Notes: generated by a model not told the origin, from the letters alone. A DNA stretch of 64,000 bases from an uncultured Verrucomicrobiae bacterium (GCA_963762565.1 CAVXLD010000012.1:64001-128000), one strand, 5' to 3'. Positions 31,053 to 41,639 are shown, numbered from the stretch's first letter. Numbers and translations are program-made.

Positions 31053-32583
31053 ATGGCTAGATATGGCTTTCTTTTTTTGCGAGAAACAAACTTAGTTGAG
31101 TCATTTCTATCAGCGGCAGAACCGGAAGCGCTGCTCCTGTTAGCCGTTATCGTCTTTTATCTGGCCGGCCTGTTGATCGGTAGAATACTAAGACGGCGGT
31201 TTCGCGTCGGCCTAGGCTGGACCTATCAGCGTCTTTATCGTTGCGACCGCGGTCGTTGTCGCCAGCGCGTTATTTCATTTCGATTTCCCCGGGCAACAGT
31301 TACTTCGCTTGGTTGCAGTGGTTTTCGCGGCGTTTCCGTTCAATGCGTTGCTTTACCGCTACTTCTGGCCAGCCTTTGGGTATCCTGGCGAACAGGCTCG
31401 AGTTCCCCCGTTTTTGCCCCAGATCACAACGCTTCTGTTGATTGCCACAGCGTTCTTCACGGGTCTGAGCCTGCTTTACGGCGTCACCCTACCTGGTTTG
31501 CTGGCCGGCTCCGGATTGATCGCTCTAGTTCTTGGGTTAGCACTCCAAGACACACTCGGGAACATATTCTCGGGACTCGGACTCCAAGCCGGGAAATCCT
31601 TTCGGGTCGGCGATTGGTTAATTGTGGACGGCAAACACGTTGAAGTGGTCGAAGTAAATTGGCGGTCAACGCGGCTCAGGAATAATGACGCGGCCACCTT
31701 TGATATCCCAAATAACCAGCTCGCTAAGGCAACGATTGTGAATCTGTACAACCCAACGCCCGTACACGCAGATCGCGCCAGCGTCTGTGTCGAGTACGGA
31801 GTTCCGCCTAACCAAGTCAAGGAGGGCTTGGTTCGGGCCGCTTTGGCCGCGCGGGGCGTTCTTTCTCATCCAGCTCCAGCCGCCTTTCTGATGAACTTTG
31901 ATGAGTCTGGGATTCGTTACGAGTTAAAATACTGGATAGATGATGCCCGCCGCTTTCCGGAAATCAGCGATGTAGTAAGAACCAATATCTGGTACGAACT
32001 TGACCGGTGTGGAATTCCGTTCTCTTACCCAACCCGGATCGTCGAAATCCGTTCGAAGCCAGAGACCGAACCTACGAACCAAGTTTCTGCTTTGCTGCAA
32101 GCCCAACCGCTGTTTGCCGACATGGAAACCGAGCAGATCCAAGCGCTCGCTAAATCCGCCCGGCATTTAAGGTATGGGAAAGGCGAAAAGATTATCGCCC
32201 AGGGCGATCCCGGCGAATCTATGTACGTCCTTTCATCCGGCGTCGCTCAGGTTGCAGTCGAACGTGATAGCAAGTTATCAGATCTCGGCGAGCTGGCTAC
32301 CGGCGAATGCTTTGGCGAGATGTCGTTACTAACTGGAGAACCTCGCACTGCTACCGTCACGGCCAAAACAGACTGCGACGTGGTGGAGATCGACCACATT
32401 GCGATGCGCGACTTGTTGAAACGCGATCCTAAATTAGCGGACCACCTCAGCGAAACTCTTTCGGCTCGTCGGTCGCTTCTAGAAAATGAGTTGGCCAACC
32501 CGAGAGATAACCAATCTATCACGCCCATCAGCCGGACCAAAGAGACCTTTTTGCTTAAGATCAAACAGCTGTTCGGCTTATAG
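31053..32583 (+). CDS. MscS-family mechanosensitive channel with C-terminal cNMP-binding domain; frameshift at ~31230
   Basis: GLALQDTLGNIFSG, FRVGDW, IPNN; cNMP motif FGEMSLLTGEPRTATV; N-terminal TM part lies in the frame of ORF 31044. Confidence 0.88.
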
Positions 32584-32945
32584 GTTACGAGTTGCGAGAG
32601 TTGCGGGTTGCGGGTTACGAGTTGCGGTCGGGGTGGACCTAGGTTCTTTTCCGCCTGGCCTCTTTCCTCTTCCGGATTGGTCGGTCACGAGATTCCTATT
32701 GCGCCTGAGAGGTGTCGATCGGATCAGAAAACCAGTTTCACGAACAAAGCTCTGCATGCCTTAAATGCATCGAAGTCCCGAAAGTCGTCTATGTTAGCCA
32801 TCGGACGCCATTAGCCAAACCGTGTGCGACGAGCGACAACTGAGTGATTCATTTTTCCCCTCTTGCATGCTTCCCCGCAACCCGTAACTCGAACCCGCAA
32901 CTGCTAACCCGTAACCCGCAACTCCTAACTCGCAACCCGCAACCC
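32583..32945. mobile_element. Element bounded by inverted heptamer arrays (GGGTTRC)n...(GYAACCC)n
   Basis: Arrays at 32583-32627 and 32875-32945 are reverse complements of one another. Confidence 0.7.
32680..32801 (-). pseudogene. Four-helix-bundle (23S rRNA IVS protein-like) gene remnant
   Basis: ATG 32801 gives MANIDDFRDFDAFKACRA; adding one T continues FVRETGFLIRSTPLRRNRNLV, like the family N-terminus FEDLxxWxxARxLVxEIY. Confidence 0.55.
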
Positions 32946-33965
32946 ATGGACCCTGACGCCAACTGGATGAGGATTGCGCTTCGAGAAGCGGAGAAAGGGC
33001 TTGGGCGTTGCAGCCCCAACCCTGCGGTGGGAGCTGTCGTAGTGAAAAGCGGACGATTGGTGGCGACCGGCTATCATCGCAAGGCTGGCAGACCGCACGC
33101 GGAAATCGAGGCGCTAAGCAGAGCTCCGGCTTCCGCGCTCTGCGGCTCTACGCTCTATGTCACCCTGGAACCCTGCTCTACTTTCGGACGGACGCCGCCC
33201 TGCACCGACGCGATTATTGCAGTGGGGATCAGACGAGTAGTGATTGGGGCGATCGATTGCAACCCGGTCCATGCGGGGAAAGGAATTGAGTGTCTGCGCT
33301 CGGCCGGCATTCGAGTCACAACGGGTGTCCTTGAGAGTCAGTGCCGGCATCTGAACGTTGGTTTTGATCGATGGATCAGTTCGGGGCGCCCCTGGGTAAT
33401 CGCAAAAATTGCTCAATCACTAGATGGTCGGATTACCCGGCCGCCAGGTGAATCATCCAAATTAACTGGGGCAATCGCACATCGGCGAGTACAAGCCCTG
33501 CGGGCAACCGTGGATGCCATTATGATCGGAGCAGAGACTTTGCGCCAAGATAACCCCCGGTTGACGGTCCGCGGCATTCGAGCAGCCAGACAGCCATGGC
33601 GCGTGCTCGTAACCCGTAAAGGCGCATTGCCGGCAGATTCGAGGCTTCTGACAGACGGCTACCGCAGACGCACATTGATTTATCAAGCCAGATCATGGGA
33701 CGAAGTGTTAGTGGACCTGGGCAAACGGGGTGTAACCCGGCTCCTGGTTGAAGGCGGTGGCGAAGTCCTTGGAGGATTGCTGGACGCAGATCTAATCGAT
33801 GAGGTTTGGAGTTTCTTTGCTCCTCTACTAACCGGGGGCGATAAACCATCGTTCGGCGGCACCGGTGTAGCTGGAAACGCTGAAGCCAAGCAACTGAACG
33901 ACTGCCGATTCGAGCGCTTTGAGGACGATATACTGGTCCGCGGTTTCGTTCATCTGCCGGATTGA
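32946..33965 (+). CDS. ribD: Riboflavin biosynthesis deaminase/reductase
   Basis: PNPAVGAVVV, HAE, TLEPC..TPPC, SLDG, LLVEGG; start moved past the repeat array. Confidence 0.95.
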   Translation: MDPDANWMRIALREAEKGLGRCSPNPAVGAVVVKSGRLVATGYHRKAGRPHAEIEALSRAPASALCGSTLYVTLEPCSTFGRTPPCTDAIIAVGIRRVVIGAIDCNPVHAGKGIECLRSAGIRVTTGVLESQCRHLNVGFDRWISSGRPWVIAKIAQSLDGRITRPPGESSKLTGAIAHRRVQALRATVDAIMIGAETLRQDNPRLTVRGIRAARQPWRVLVTRKGALPADSRLLTDGYRRRTLIYQARSWDEVLVDLGKRGVTRLLVEGGGEVLGGLLDADLIDEVWSFFAPLLTGGDKPSFGGTGVAGNAEAKQLNDCRFERFEDDILVRGFVHLPD

Positions 33966-34018
33966 TGAAGTCGGCGTTCTCGTTGCGAAACCGGACCAAA
34001 AACATTAGGCTTCGGTTT

Positions 34019-34732
34019 ATGTCGGCAGGTGGCATCAAGCATCATCTGCCTGGTTTTGACCAGGCGCTGGATACGTTGAAAGAAGATGTGACGCTGATGG
34101 CGAATCTCGTGAGTCGCAATTTGGCCAATGCCCGCTCCGGGTTCGCTGAACATGACGAAGATTTCTCCGCTGCCGTGATCGCGGATGACGATGAGGTCGA
34201 TCTCTTAGAAAAACAGGTGGATCGGCTCGGAACTGAGATCTTAACACGGTACCAGCCGATGATTACGGATCTGCGCATCGTTCTGGCGACGATTAAGCTA
34301 AGTAATATCTTGGAACGAGCCTCTAACCACGCGGTGTCAATCGCCCGGCGGTCCAGGAAACTAGCCGAGTATTCGAATCCGGCGGATGAAGAAGACTCAC
34401 TTTTAAATCATTTCGATGCAGTGATTCGTCTTTTCAGCGAGGCTATCCTCGCGTTTCGCGATGTAGACGCGATCGGAGCGGGCCGGGTACTGGGAAGAAC
34501 GGAATCGTTAGCGGAAGCGGGACGAGACTTTGTTGAGAGATTCACTGAACGGCTAGAGGAGCGGCCTTTTGGTTCACGCACCTACGTCAACCTAATGGCG
34601 GTCGCTCAGAGCCTGGAGGAAATCACTTATCTGGCCGAGCAAATTGCCAACGAAATTGTCTACATTGCGGAGGCGCGTGATATTCGTCATCCGCGTAATA
34701 CATTGGCTGAAACCGAGGAAACGCCCCGATGA
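34019..34732 (+). CDS. phoU: Phosphate signalling complex PhoU-family protein
   Basis: DDEVDLLE, YQPMITDLR, LER..HAVSIA, DIRH tail; start could be 33962. Confidence 0.8.
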   Translation: MSAGGIKHHLPGFDQALDTLKEDVTLMANLVSRNLANARSGFAEHDEDFSAAVIADDDEVDLLEKQVDRLGTEILTRYQPMITDLRIVLATIKLSNILERASNHAVSIARRSRKLAEYSNPADEEDSLLNHFDAVIRLFSEAILAFRDVDAIGAGRVLGRTESLAEAGRDFVERFTERLEERPFGSRTYVNLMAVAQSLEEITYLAEQIANEIVYIAEARDIRHPRNTLAETEETPR

Positions 34733-35235
34733 ATCGTGTCACTGGATTGGTTCTCGTTTTAGTCGGTTTTGTGCTGGTTCAAGGATGCGCAAATAACGTT
34801 GCTTCTCAGCAAATGTCAGCATACTCGATCGCGACCGGTTTTTTAACCCTGTGCGATGATTCAGATTTCGATCACGCGCTTGAGCATTTCGCGAAACCGC
34901 TAAAGGCGAGTCCCGCCGGCGCTCAGTGGGTTGAAAGTATGCAAAAAAACCGGGCTAATTATGGGATACCGGTGCTGAGAGCATTAGTCTCAAGGGATGG
35001 CCGGAAACTAGACGGTACCAAAGAGGATCTCGCTAGAATTAACTTCGTTTTTCGTACCTCATTTGTCGGGACGACGCCCAGCGACGAATCTGTCTCAGTG
35101 GAGAAATTCAACGGTAGGTGGCAGGTGTACGACTACAAATTTAAACCCTCGGGAAAACCCCCCGCGGACAGACCGAAGATTAACATCAAGAAGACTTGGG
35201 AAGAGCAAAATGACGACGACGATTCAGGAGATTAG
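34729..35235 (+). CDS. Lipoprotein, DUF4019-like
   Basis: Lipobox VQGC; FRTSF..ESV..GRWQVYDY; acidic tail. Confidence 0.6.
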   Translation: MNRVTGLVLVLVGFVLVQGCANNVASQQMSAYSIATGFLTLCDDSDFDHALEHFAKPLKASPAGAQWVESMQKNRANYGIPVLRALVSRDGRKLDGTKEDLARINFVFRTSFVGTTPSDESVSVEKFNGRWQVYDYKFKPSGKPPADRPKINIKKTWEEQNDDDDSGD

Positions 35236-35243
35236 CGGGGACA

Positions 35244-36131
35244 CTAGTCGTGTCCAACTAAGCGCAGCAGATTTTTACCCAATACTTTCTCCTGTTCTTC
35301 AACGCTAAGACCGGCGGTCACCACGTCGTTCAGGAATCGCTTAAAGTCCGGTTCCCGCTGCTCACGCGGATACAAAAGCAGAGGGTAGTCAGATCCGTAT
35401 AAGACCCGGTCTACGCCGACCAAATCGATTACTTGGCGAAATACTCGTTTGTCATAAAGAAGCGGAGAAGCGGCACAATCGTAGGTGACGTTCCGCAGAA
35501 TCTGGTGAAGCTGAGGGTTCAGCTCATAAAAAGGAAGGCCACCGCCCCAGTGTGCCAGAATCAGCTTTGCCGTAGGGAATTCTCTCGCCAAGCGTATGAA
35601 ATTCTCCAGTGGCGTGGATCGGTTAACCGCAGTTGTGGGAACCAAGGGATCAGTGACGTGTAGGTTAACCGGTGCCTGGCGCTCGGCTGCTATTTGAAGG
35701 ACGCGCACAAAATAAGTGTCGTCGTATGCAAACCCTTGGACTTGAGGAAATAGCTCTCCGATACCACAAAACCCGGCATCAAGAGCCCGTTCTAACGAAT
35801 CCAACGCCGCCTGTTTCGCCCTAGGTTGGACCGCAACGAAAGCCAGCAGACGATCCGGATGCTCGGTAAGCAAATCTCTGAACCAGCGGTTTTGCAGATC
35901 ACAGGTTTCCTGGTTTTCCCAATACCAGCCTAGGAGGACGCATTTTTCGATGCCAGCCCGGTCCATATCTCGCAACAGAACCGCCGAAGTTGCCCAGCCC
36001 TGGATCGATCGTCGCCCGACTGGCGCAACACAGCTAGTCCACCAAGGTTCCCCGCGTTCGGTCCCCCACTTGACCGGATCAGCCGATACTTCTTCAGAAT
36101 AAAAATGAACGTGAGAATCGACGATCCGCAT
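35244..36131 (-). CDS. Amidohydrolase-family (TIM-barrel) protein
   Basis: IVDSHVH, GIGEL, LH, LAHWGGG, YGSDYP. Confidence 0.9.
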   Translation of the reverse strand: MRIVDSHVHFYSEEVSADPVKWGTERGEPWWTSCVAPVGRRSIQGWATSAVLLRDMDRAGIEKCVLLGWYWENQETCDLQNRWFRDLLTEHPDRLLAFVAVQPRAKQAALDSLERALDAGFCGIGELFPQVQGFAYDDTYFVRVLQIAAERQAPVNLHVTDPLVPTTAVNRSTPLENFIRLAREFPTAKLILAHWGGGLPFYELNPQLHQILRNVTYDCAASPLLYDKRVFRQVIDLVGVDRVLYGSDYPLLLYPREQREPDFKRFLNDVVTAGLSVEEQEKVLGKNLLRLVGHD

Positions 36132-36135
36132 CGGG

Positions 36136-36350
36136 TTGGTAGGGCGAGGTTCCGGCATGATGCTGACGGTCTCGCAGCGCAAACCGTGTCAGAATAGGCA
36201 AACTCTGCAACACCAAAGAGCCGCCGAGCCGCAATTCGCGCCCCACTCCCTCGGCTTCGCCGCCTCGCAAACCATTGCAACCAAAAATGGCGATAGCCGT
36301 CCTGTCCCTCTGCGATCGGTCTTCGAAAGCAGGGAGCCTCGCCCTAACAA
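36136..36350. repeat. 215-bp inverted-repeat element (family D)
   Basis: ttggtagggcgaggttcc ... ggagcctcgccctaacaa, internal gccgagccg. Confidence 0.7.
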
Positions 36351-36508
36351 ACTGTTTTCTTCTGGCCTCGAGTCGCTAAAAAAGGTTACTAGGGAAGGGT
36401 TCTGGGGGGACTAAACCATCGACGTTATCGACTGCTATAGTGAGCAACTCTTAGTTGGCTCTACTATGGCCCGAGTGATACTTTCATTTCGGGCCAGGAC
36501 GGGCGATT

Positions 36509-37300
36509 ATGTCATGCGGTGTCGCCCGACAGCCTATGACACCGGGTATACTGCTCTTTTATTTGCTACTTAGTTCCAGTTGTGACGAAGCGGCCAAAGC
36601 AGCTGCTGAGGTTCGTCAGCATCAACTAGAGGAAGCCGTTTTTGCCAATAGCGCCCAGGAATGCCTCAACGCGCTCGTAGACAACGCGAATCCAGACGGG
36701 ATAGTCGATCTAACACCGGCACGCCTCGCTGAACTAAACCTTCATTCACATCGATTATTCCATTATTTTGCTGAGGAGACCAAAGCAACACCGCTGATTC
36801 TCGCTGCCAGTCTAGGGGAAGACGACGTTTGTTCCACTCTGCTTGCACACGGAGCGAAACTCTTTGAGAAGTCGCAGTGGGGATGGGTCGCAGCTCAGTA
36901 TGCCGCGAGAACGGAACATCCCGAGCTTGCTAGCCGGCTTATGGAGTCCGATCCGCTCTCAGTCCGTTTTTCGATTTTGGTCGACCTCAGCCACCAAAAA
37001 GTCGTTCTTTACAAGGACGGCGCCGCCGTAGTCACGGGGAAGATCTCGACTGGGCGTCCGGGCTACGACACTCCTCCGGGGCATTACCTGGTCACCGACA
37101 AGATACGGATGCAGAAATCGACCATCTACAAAGTACGAATGCCGTACTTTCTCCGGCTGTCATTCAGCGAATACGGCATCCATCAAGGAGTTAATCCAGG
37201 TCGACCCGCCAGCCACGGATGTATCCGCATAGGGGAGGAAACTGTCGCAAAAAGCGTCTTCGACCAGACACCGATTGGGACGCTAGTCACAATAGAGTGA
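36509..37300 (+). CDS. Ankyrin-repeat + L,D-transpeptidase (YkuD) protein
   Basis: TPLILAA..LLAHGA ankyrin; ISTGRPGYDTPPG, GIH..PASHGCIR catalytic motif. Confidence 0.88.
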   Translation: MSCGVARQPMTPGILLFYLLLSSSCDEAAKAAAEVRQHQLEEAVFANSAQECLNALVDNANPDGIVDLTPARLAELNLHSHRLFHYFAEETKATPLILAASLGEDDVCSTLLAHGAKLFEKSQWGWVAAQYAARTEHPELASRLMESDPLSVRFSILVDLSHQKVVLYKDGAAVVTGKISTGRPGYDTPPGHYLVTDKIRMQKSTIYKVRMPYFLRLSFSEYGIHQGVNPGRPASHGCIRIGEETVAKSVFDQTPIGTLVTIE

Positions 37301-37318
37301 TTCGGGAAGACGCTCTCT

Positions 37319-37533
37319 TTGGTGGGGCGAGGCTCCCGAAAGGCCGGGGGTTTGACCAAGGTTGAGCATTACAGACCCTATTGAATCAAGGTGCAGGGCC
37401 GGAAAACGCGCCGAGCCGTGGTTTATCGTGGGTCACGGCTCGGCGCTTTTAGACCTAGCGACATCATTTAATTGGTGAATGCCAGAAAGCTTCGCTCTTT
37501 GTCTGAGGCCTTTCGGGAGCCTCGCCCAACCAA
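37319..37533. repeat. 215-bp inverted-repeat element (family D)
   Basis: ttggtggggcgaggctcccgaaaggcc ... ggcctttcgggagcctcgcccaaccaa; internal hairpin gcgccgagccgtg..cacggctcggcgc. Confidence 0.85.
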
Positions 37534-39081
37534 TCACATCTCATCAATCACTTCCCGCCCCGCACTGGCCAACGCCCCAAAAGCGATAACGGTCACTAGT
37601 AACGGCAGCGCGTACCGGGGCATGGCGTAAATGAAAACGCAGTTAGTTGCGTAAATCAGCACTCCGACGCTTAAGATGCTCAGTCCGATGAAGAGATGCT
37701 TGGGTGGTAAAAGACCGCGTCTCGCTCGCCAAATACCAAGCGCGATAAACAAAATTGTCCAAGCCAGAATCGGCAGCCAGCGCCAGTGCCGGATCATAAA
37801 ATCCTTCGCCGCCCGCTCAAGGGTCGCGTTGGCCTTGCTCGGAACGAAGATCGGTAATTCGCTGATCCCGATCCAGTCGGAGGGAGTTTCCGCGATGCGC
37901 TCAAGAGAAAAGTAGGTCGCTTTCGGGGCTGAAATTGCGATCCCCTGGTCGTTTGTGGGCACGAACCCATGCCAAAAGTCGCTCGCAATTTCCTTAATCA
38001 AGCCGCCATTGAAAGTCCGATAGAAGCACAATGACGATTGCAAGATGAGTTCGTCTTTTTCGGCCAATAACTTTTCGCCTTGGAATCCACGTTCCTGTAA
38101 GACGGCCGCTAACGCCTCTCCTGTGCCGTTGTCATAGGAGCCGATGTCGATTTGAAATTGGATAGCGAGCTTGACAAGGGGATCGCTTGTAAGCCCTTGA
38201 ACAGCACTTAACAAAGTTTGTTTTTGTTCTGTAGAAAGTCGATCCACCCAGGTCGCAATGCGTCCGCTCATTGTCCTACCCACGCCCGAGCGTTCGACTA
38301 TTCCGAATTGGTGACACAACACTTTAGACACCACTTTTTCGGCCCCTAATCCAAACGAGCTGCAGATCAACGCTGTGATCGCTGTCAGCGAGAGTGAACG
38401 CCAGGGACGGTCCGTCAATTTTTCACCGCGCGACAGGAACGACCAGAGCACCAATAAGATCGCGGTTCCAGGCAACCAGATCAGGACGATCGCATTGATG
38501 TGCCGCGAACCCACCGTCAGGAAAACGGCGGCCGTATAAATCACCCAGGAACGCCACGTAGCCCTGTGAAGTAAGGCTCGAAGCCCCACCCCGAAAACCA
38601 GAAAATAAGTGATCGATGTCATCGCCTCAGAACCGCCGGTATGAGCGAAAGCGTAGAAGCTGGCGATCGACGCTAATAAAATGGTGATTGCGCCGCGCGC
38701 CGTGTCTCGGGCGGGAAAAGAAAAAAGGAAGTACCGCAATGCCAGCCAGAGGCCAGCGTGTTGAACCACAACCAACCCGTAGACCGCAATCAACGAGGGA
38801 TGCTGGCGCTCAAAAATGCCCGGTGCGCGCCCATTAAGCACACTATCGATAAGAAGAAATGGAACTCGGGCCAGGAACGAATAGACCGCTGGGAAATGCA
38901 GAATGTTATCGTCATACGCCGGCGCAATCAGTTGGACCGTCGCATCGATATCCTTCCAAAAGGGCAAATACCTAAAAAGGAACCAGAGAGACGGCAACAC
39001 CAGAATCGGCGTTGGATGCCGGCCAAGAAGAGCAAGCGCTTTAGCGGCATAGGAGCCCGCAGAACGCAATACTTTAGGCAT
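37534..39081 (-). CDS. Multi-pass membrane protein, possibly GT-C-like
   Basis: Many TM helices, acidic first loop (WKDID..YDD), large soluble loop, MPRY near the C-terminus. Confidence 0.65.
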   Translation of the reverse strand: MPKVLRSAGSYAAKALALLGRHPTPILVLPSLWFLFRYLPFWKDIDATVQLIAPAYDDNILHFPAVYSFLARVPFLLIDSVLNGRAPGIFERQHPSLIAVYGLVVVQHAGLWLALRYFLFSFPARDTARGAITILLASIASFYAFAHTGGSEAMTSITYFLVFGVGLRALLHRATWRSWVIYTAAVFLTVGSRHINAIVLIWLPGTAILLVLWSFLSRGEKLTDRPWRSLSLTAITALICSSFGLGAEKVVSKVLCHQFGIVERSGVGRTMSGRIATWVDRLSTEQKQTLLSAVQGLTSDPLVKLAIQFQIDIGSYDNGTGEALAAVLQERGFQGEKLLAEKDELILQSSLCFYRTFNGGLIKEIASDFWHGFVPTNDQGIAISAPKATYFSLERIAETPSDWIGISELPIFVPSKANATLERAAKDFMIRHWRWLPILAWTILFIALGIWRARRGLLPPKHLFIGLSILSVGVLIYATNCVFIYAMPRYALPLLVTVIAFGALASAGREVIDEM

Positions 39082-39183
39082 GCGAATACCTAGACGGCGC
39101 GGAGCCACGGATTCAGGCTTTTGACCCCGGTTGGTTTGAAATCGCTTTCGTTTCGAGAAACCAAGGTCAGATCGTGAAATTCC

Positions 39184-40311
39184 CTATCGCTGGTCGATGG
39201 GCACGAATTTTCGGCCGACCGGCTCGCCCACGTATTGGCTTAACGGCCGGTATAAACGATTATCCGAGAGTTGTTCCAGAATATGCGCCGTCCAACCTGC
39301 AGTCCGCGAGATGGCAAAGATCGGCGTGAAAAGATCGGTCGGAATTCCCAGAGAATAGTAAACCGTGGCCGAATAGAAATCGACGTTCGCGTAAAGTCCC
39401 TTCTTCTCTTTCATTAACTCGGCGATCCGCTCTGACATTGCGATCCATTTGGGTTCGCCAAGCTCGCTGCTTAGCTCGACCGCCATACGCCGAAGATGGG
39501 GGGCGCGCGGATCAAGCACTTTATAAACGCGGTGCCCAATCCCCATGATCCGTTTCTTTTCGGCCAAGGCTTTCTCTACGTAGGCATCGACATTTTTCGG
39601 GTCACCGATCTCTTGCAGCATGTGGATCACCCCTTCATTGGCGCCGCCATGTAGAGGGCCTTTCAGGGTCGCGATCGCCGCTGTGATTGCCGAATAGATG
39701 TCCGTGAGCGTCGATATCGTCACCCGCGCACTGAAAGTCGAGGCGTTCATCCCGTGTTCGGCGTGTAGAACATAGGCAACATCCAGAGTCTCGACTTTCT
39801 TCGCGGAAGGCTCGGCGCCGTCGAGCAGATAAAGGAAATGAGCGGCCTCACCCAGATCTTTTCTAATTTTCGGTAAGTCCAGACCGTTTCTGTCTCGATG
39901 GAAATAAGCGATGATCACGCTAACTTTAGCTAGAACCGAGACGGCTCTGCGTTGGTTAGCAGCAAAGGTGTCGTCCACTACGAGGCTGGGATCGTGTAAC
40001 CCCAGCATCGATACAGCAGTCCGCAGAACATCAATCGGGATAGCCGTTCGAGGGGTTGATTTTATGAATTCAATGACCTGCGCCGGTAGTTCGCGCTCGT
40101 CGGCTAGCTGTCCCTTGAGTTCTGTTAGCTCGGCTTGCGTGGGGAGCCGATCGTTCCACAACAGATAAATGACTTCTTCGAAGGAAGCTTTTCCGGCTAA
40201 CTCATTGATCTCGTAGCCACAATAGATGAGCTGACCCTCTTGGCCGCGGACGTCACCCAATCGGGTCTCGTTAGCGATTACTCCTTCTAGTCCTCTCGCA
40301 AACTGGCTCAT
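39184..40311 (-). CDS. gltA: Citrate synthase (short type)
   Basis: HAEHGMNASTF, GPLHGGANE, GIGHRVYK..DPR, NVDFY; 2-methylcitrate synthase not excluded. Confidence 0.9.
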   Translation of the reverse strand: MSQFARGLEGVIANETRLGDVRGQEGQLIYCGYEINELAGKASFEEVIYLLWNDRLPTQAELTELKGQLADERELPAQVIEFIKSTPRTAIPIDVLRTAVSMLGLHDPSLVVDDTFAANQRRAVSVLAKVSVIIAYFHRDRNGLDLPKIRKDLGEAAHFLYLLDGAEPSAKKVETLDVAYVLHAEHGMNASTFSARVTISTLTDIYSAITAAIATLKGPLHGGANEGVIHMLQEIGDPKNVDAYVEKALAEKKRIMGIGHRVYKVLDPRAPHLRRMAVELSSELGEPKWIAMSERIAELMKEKKGLYANVDFYSATVYYSLGIPTDLFTPIFAISRTAGWTAHILEQLSDNRLYRPLSQYVGEPVGRKFVPIDQR

Positions 40312-40348
40312 AAGCGACAAATATTCCGCTCCTACCGGAGCTATGATT

Positions 40349-41224
40349 CTAATTCTTAAATACCTTAATTAATGTATCGGCGATTGCCGCAGGCGTTTCC
40401 GCCACCGCGACCCCTGCTGCCTTAAATGCTTCAATTTTGGCAGCCGCCGTGCCGCTACTTCCGGCAACGATCGCGCCGGCGTGCCCCATCCTCCGGCCGG
40501 GCGGAGCAGTTGCTCCCGCAACGAAAGCACAAACCGGTTTCTTTAAGCTTGTTTTGATCCAACCGGCGGCCTCTTCCTCATCGCTTCCGCCGATCTCTCC
40601 GATTAGAATCACAGCCTTTGTGTCAGGATCTTCGGCAAACATTTTTAGCGCCTCCAACTGCGATATTCCGTGAATTGGATCCCCGCCAACACCAATGCAG
40701 GTCGATTGCCCGTATCCTCGCTGGGTAAGCTGCCACACCGCTTCATAAGTGAGAGTGCCTGATCGCGAGATCACCCCGACGTTACCCCGCTTGTGAATAT
40801 ACCCGGGCATGATACCGATCTTGCATTCTCCGGGTGTGATGATCCCGGGGCAGTTCGGCCCGAGCAAACGGCTCTTAGAATTTTTGATGGCCTCTTTGAC
40901 CCGCATCATGTCCATAACCGGGATTCCTTCCGTAATGCAAACAATCAGCTCAACGCCAGCGTCAGCAGCTTCAAGAATCGCGTCCGCAGCAAAAGGCGCT
41001 GGGACAAAGATCATGGTGGCGTTGCAGCCTGTCTGTTTACGCGCCTCACTGACCGTGTCGTAAATCGGTACTTTCCCATCGAAGCTCTGTTTTCCTTTTC
41101 CGGGTGTCACACCCGCAACGACGTTTGTGCCATACTCCATGCACCCGCGGGCATGAAAAGCGCCGGATTGGCCGGTGATTCCCTGGACCAGGAGCTTCGT
41201 ACTTCGATTAACTAAGATAGACAT
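40349..41224 (-). CDS. sucD: Succinyl-CoA synthetase alpha subunit
   Basis: [28 protein letters not shown]. Confidence 0.97.
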   Translation of the reverse strand: MSILVNRSTKLLVQGITGQSGAFHARGCMEYGTNVVAGVTPGKGKQSFDGKVPIYDTVSEARKQTGCNATMIFVPAPFAADAILEAADAGVELIVCITEGIPVMDMMRVKEAIKNSKSRLLGPNCPGIITPGECKIGIMPGYIHKRGNVGVISRSGTLTYEAVWQLTQRGYGQSTCIGVGGDPIHGISQLEALKMFAEDPDTKAVILIGEIGGSDEEEAAGWIKTSLKKPVCAFVAGATAPPGRRMGHAGAIVAGSSGTAAAKIEAFKAAGVAVAETPAAIADTLIKVFKN

Positions 41225-41237
41225 TTTTGGAGCGGTT

Positions 41238-41606
41238 CTAAGCGTGTCTTTTGTGGACTGTTAATTTGTTCCCGTCGGGATCAGCAACCACCGCCATCCA
41301 ACAGACCGGCGTTTCCATGGGTTCAAGATCAAAAGGTATCTGCTTTGCCTTGAGCTCAGCGATCGCGGCCTCAAAATCAACCACTTCGAAAGCTACATTC
41401 GGGCCATCAGGTGAAGGCTTCCAATTTTCTTTTGCCATATTACTGATGGCAAAGGTGGTCGACCCGAGGTCGTACTCTATCCAAACGCTGTCGCCGCCGC
41501 CAAACGTTCGGGACGGCGATAGACCAAGAACCCCTTCGTAGAACGTACGGGCGCGCTCGGCATCGGTTACCGGGTAACCTATGAATGCGACTTCTGCGAT
41601 TTGCAT
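41238..41606 (-). CDS. VOC/glyoxalase-family protein
   Basis: [20 protein letters not shown]. Confidence 0.88.
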   Translation of the reverse strand: MQIAEVAFIGYPVTDAERARTFYEGVLGLSPSRTFGGGDSVWIEYDLGSTTFAISNMAKENWKPSPDGPNVAFEVVDFEAAIAELKAKQIPFDLEPMETPVCWMAVVADPDGNKLTVHKRHA

Positions 41607-41639
41607 GGCTTGATCTCTCAAAAAGTCGGATTTGCTAGG

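Noticed and set aside
32630..32945. FMN riboswitch upstream of ribD (also checked upstream of ribE)
   Set aside because: No RFN consensus seen; the region is explained by heptamer arrays and a gene remnant.
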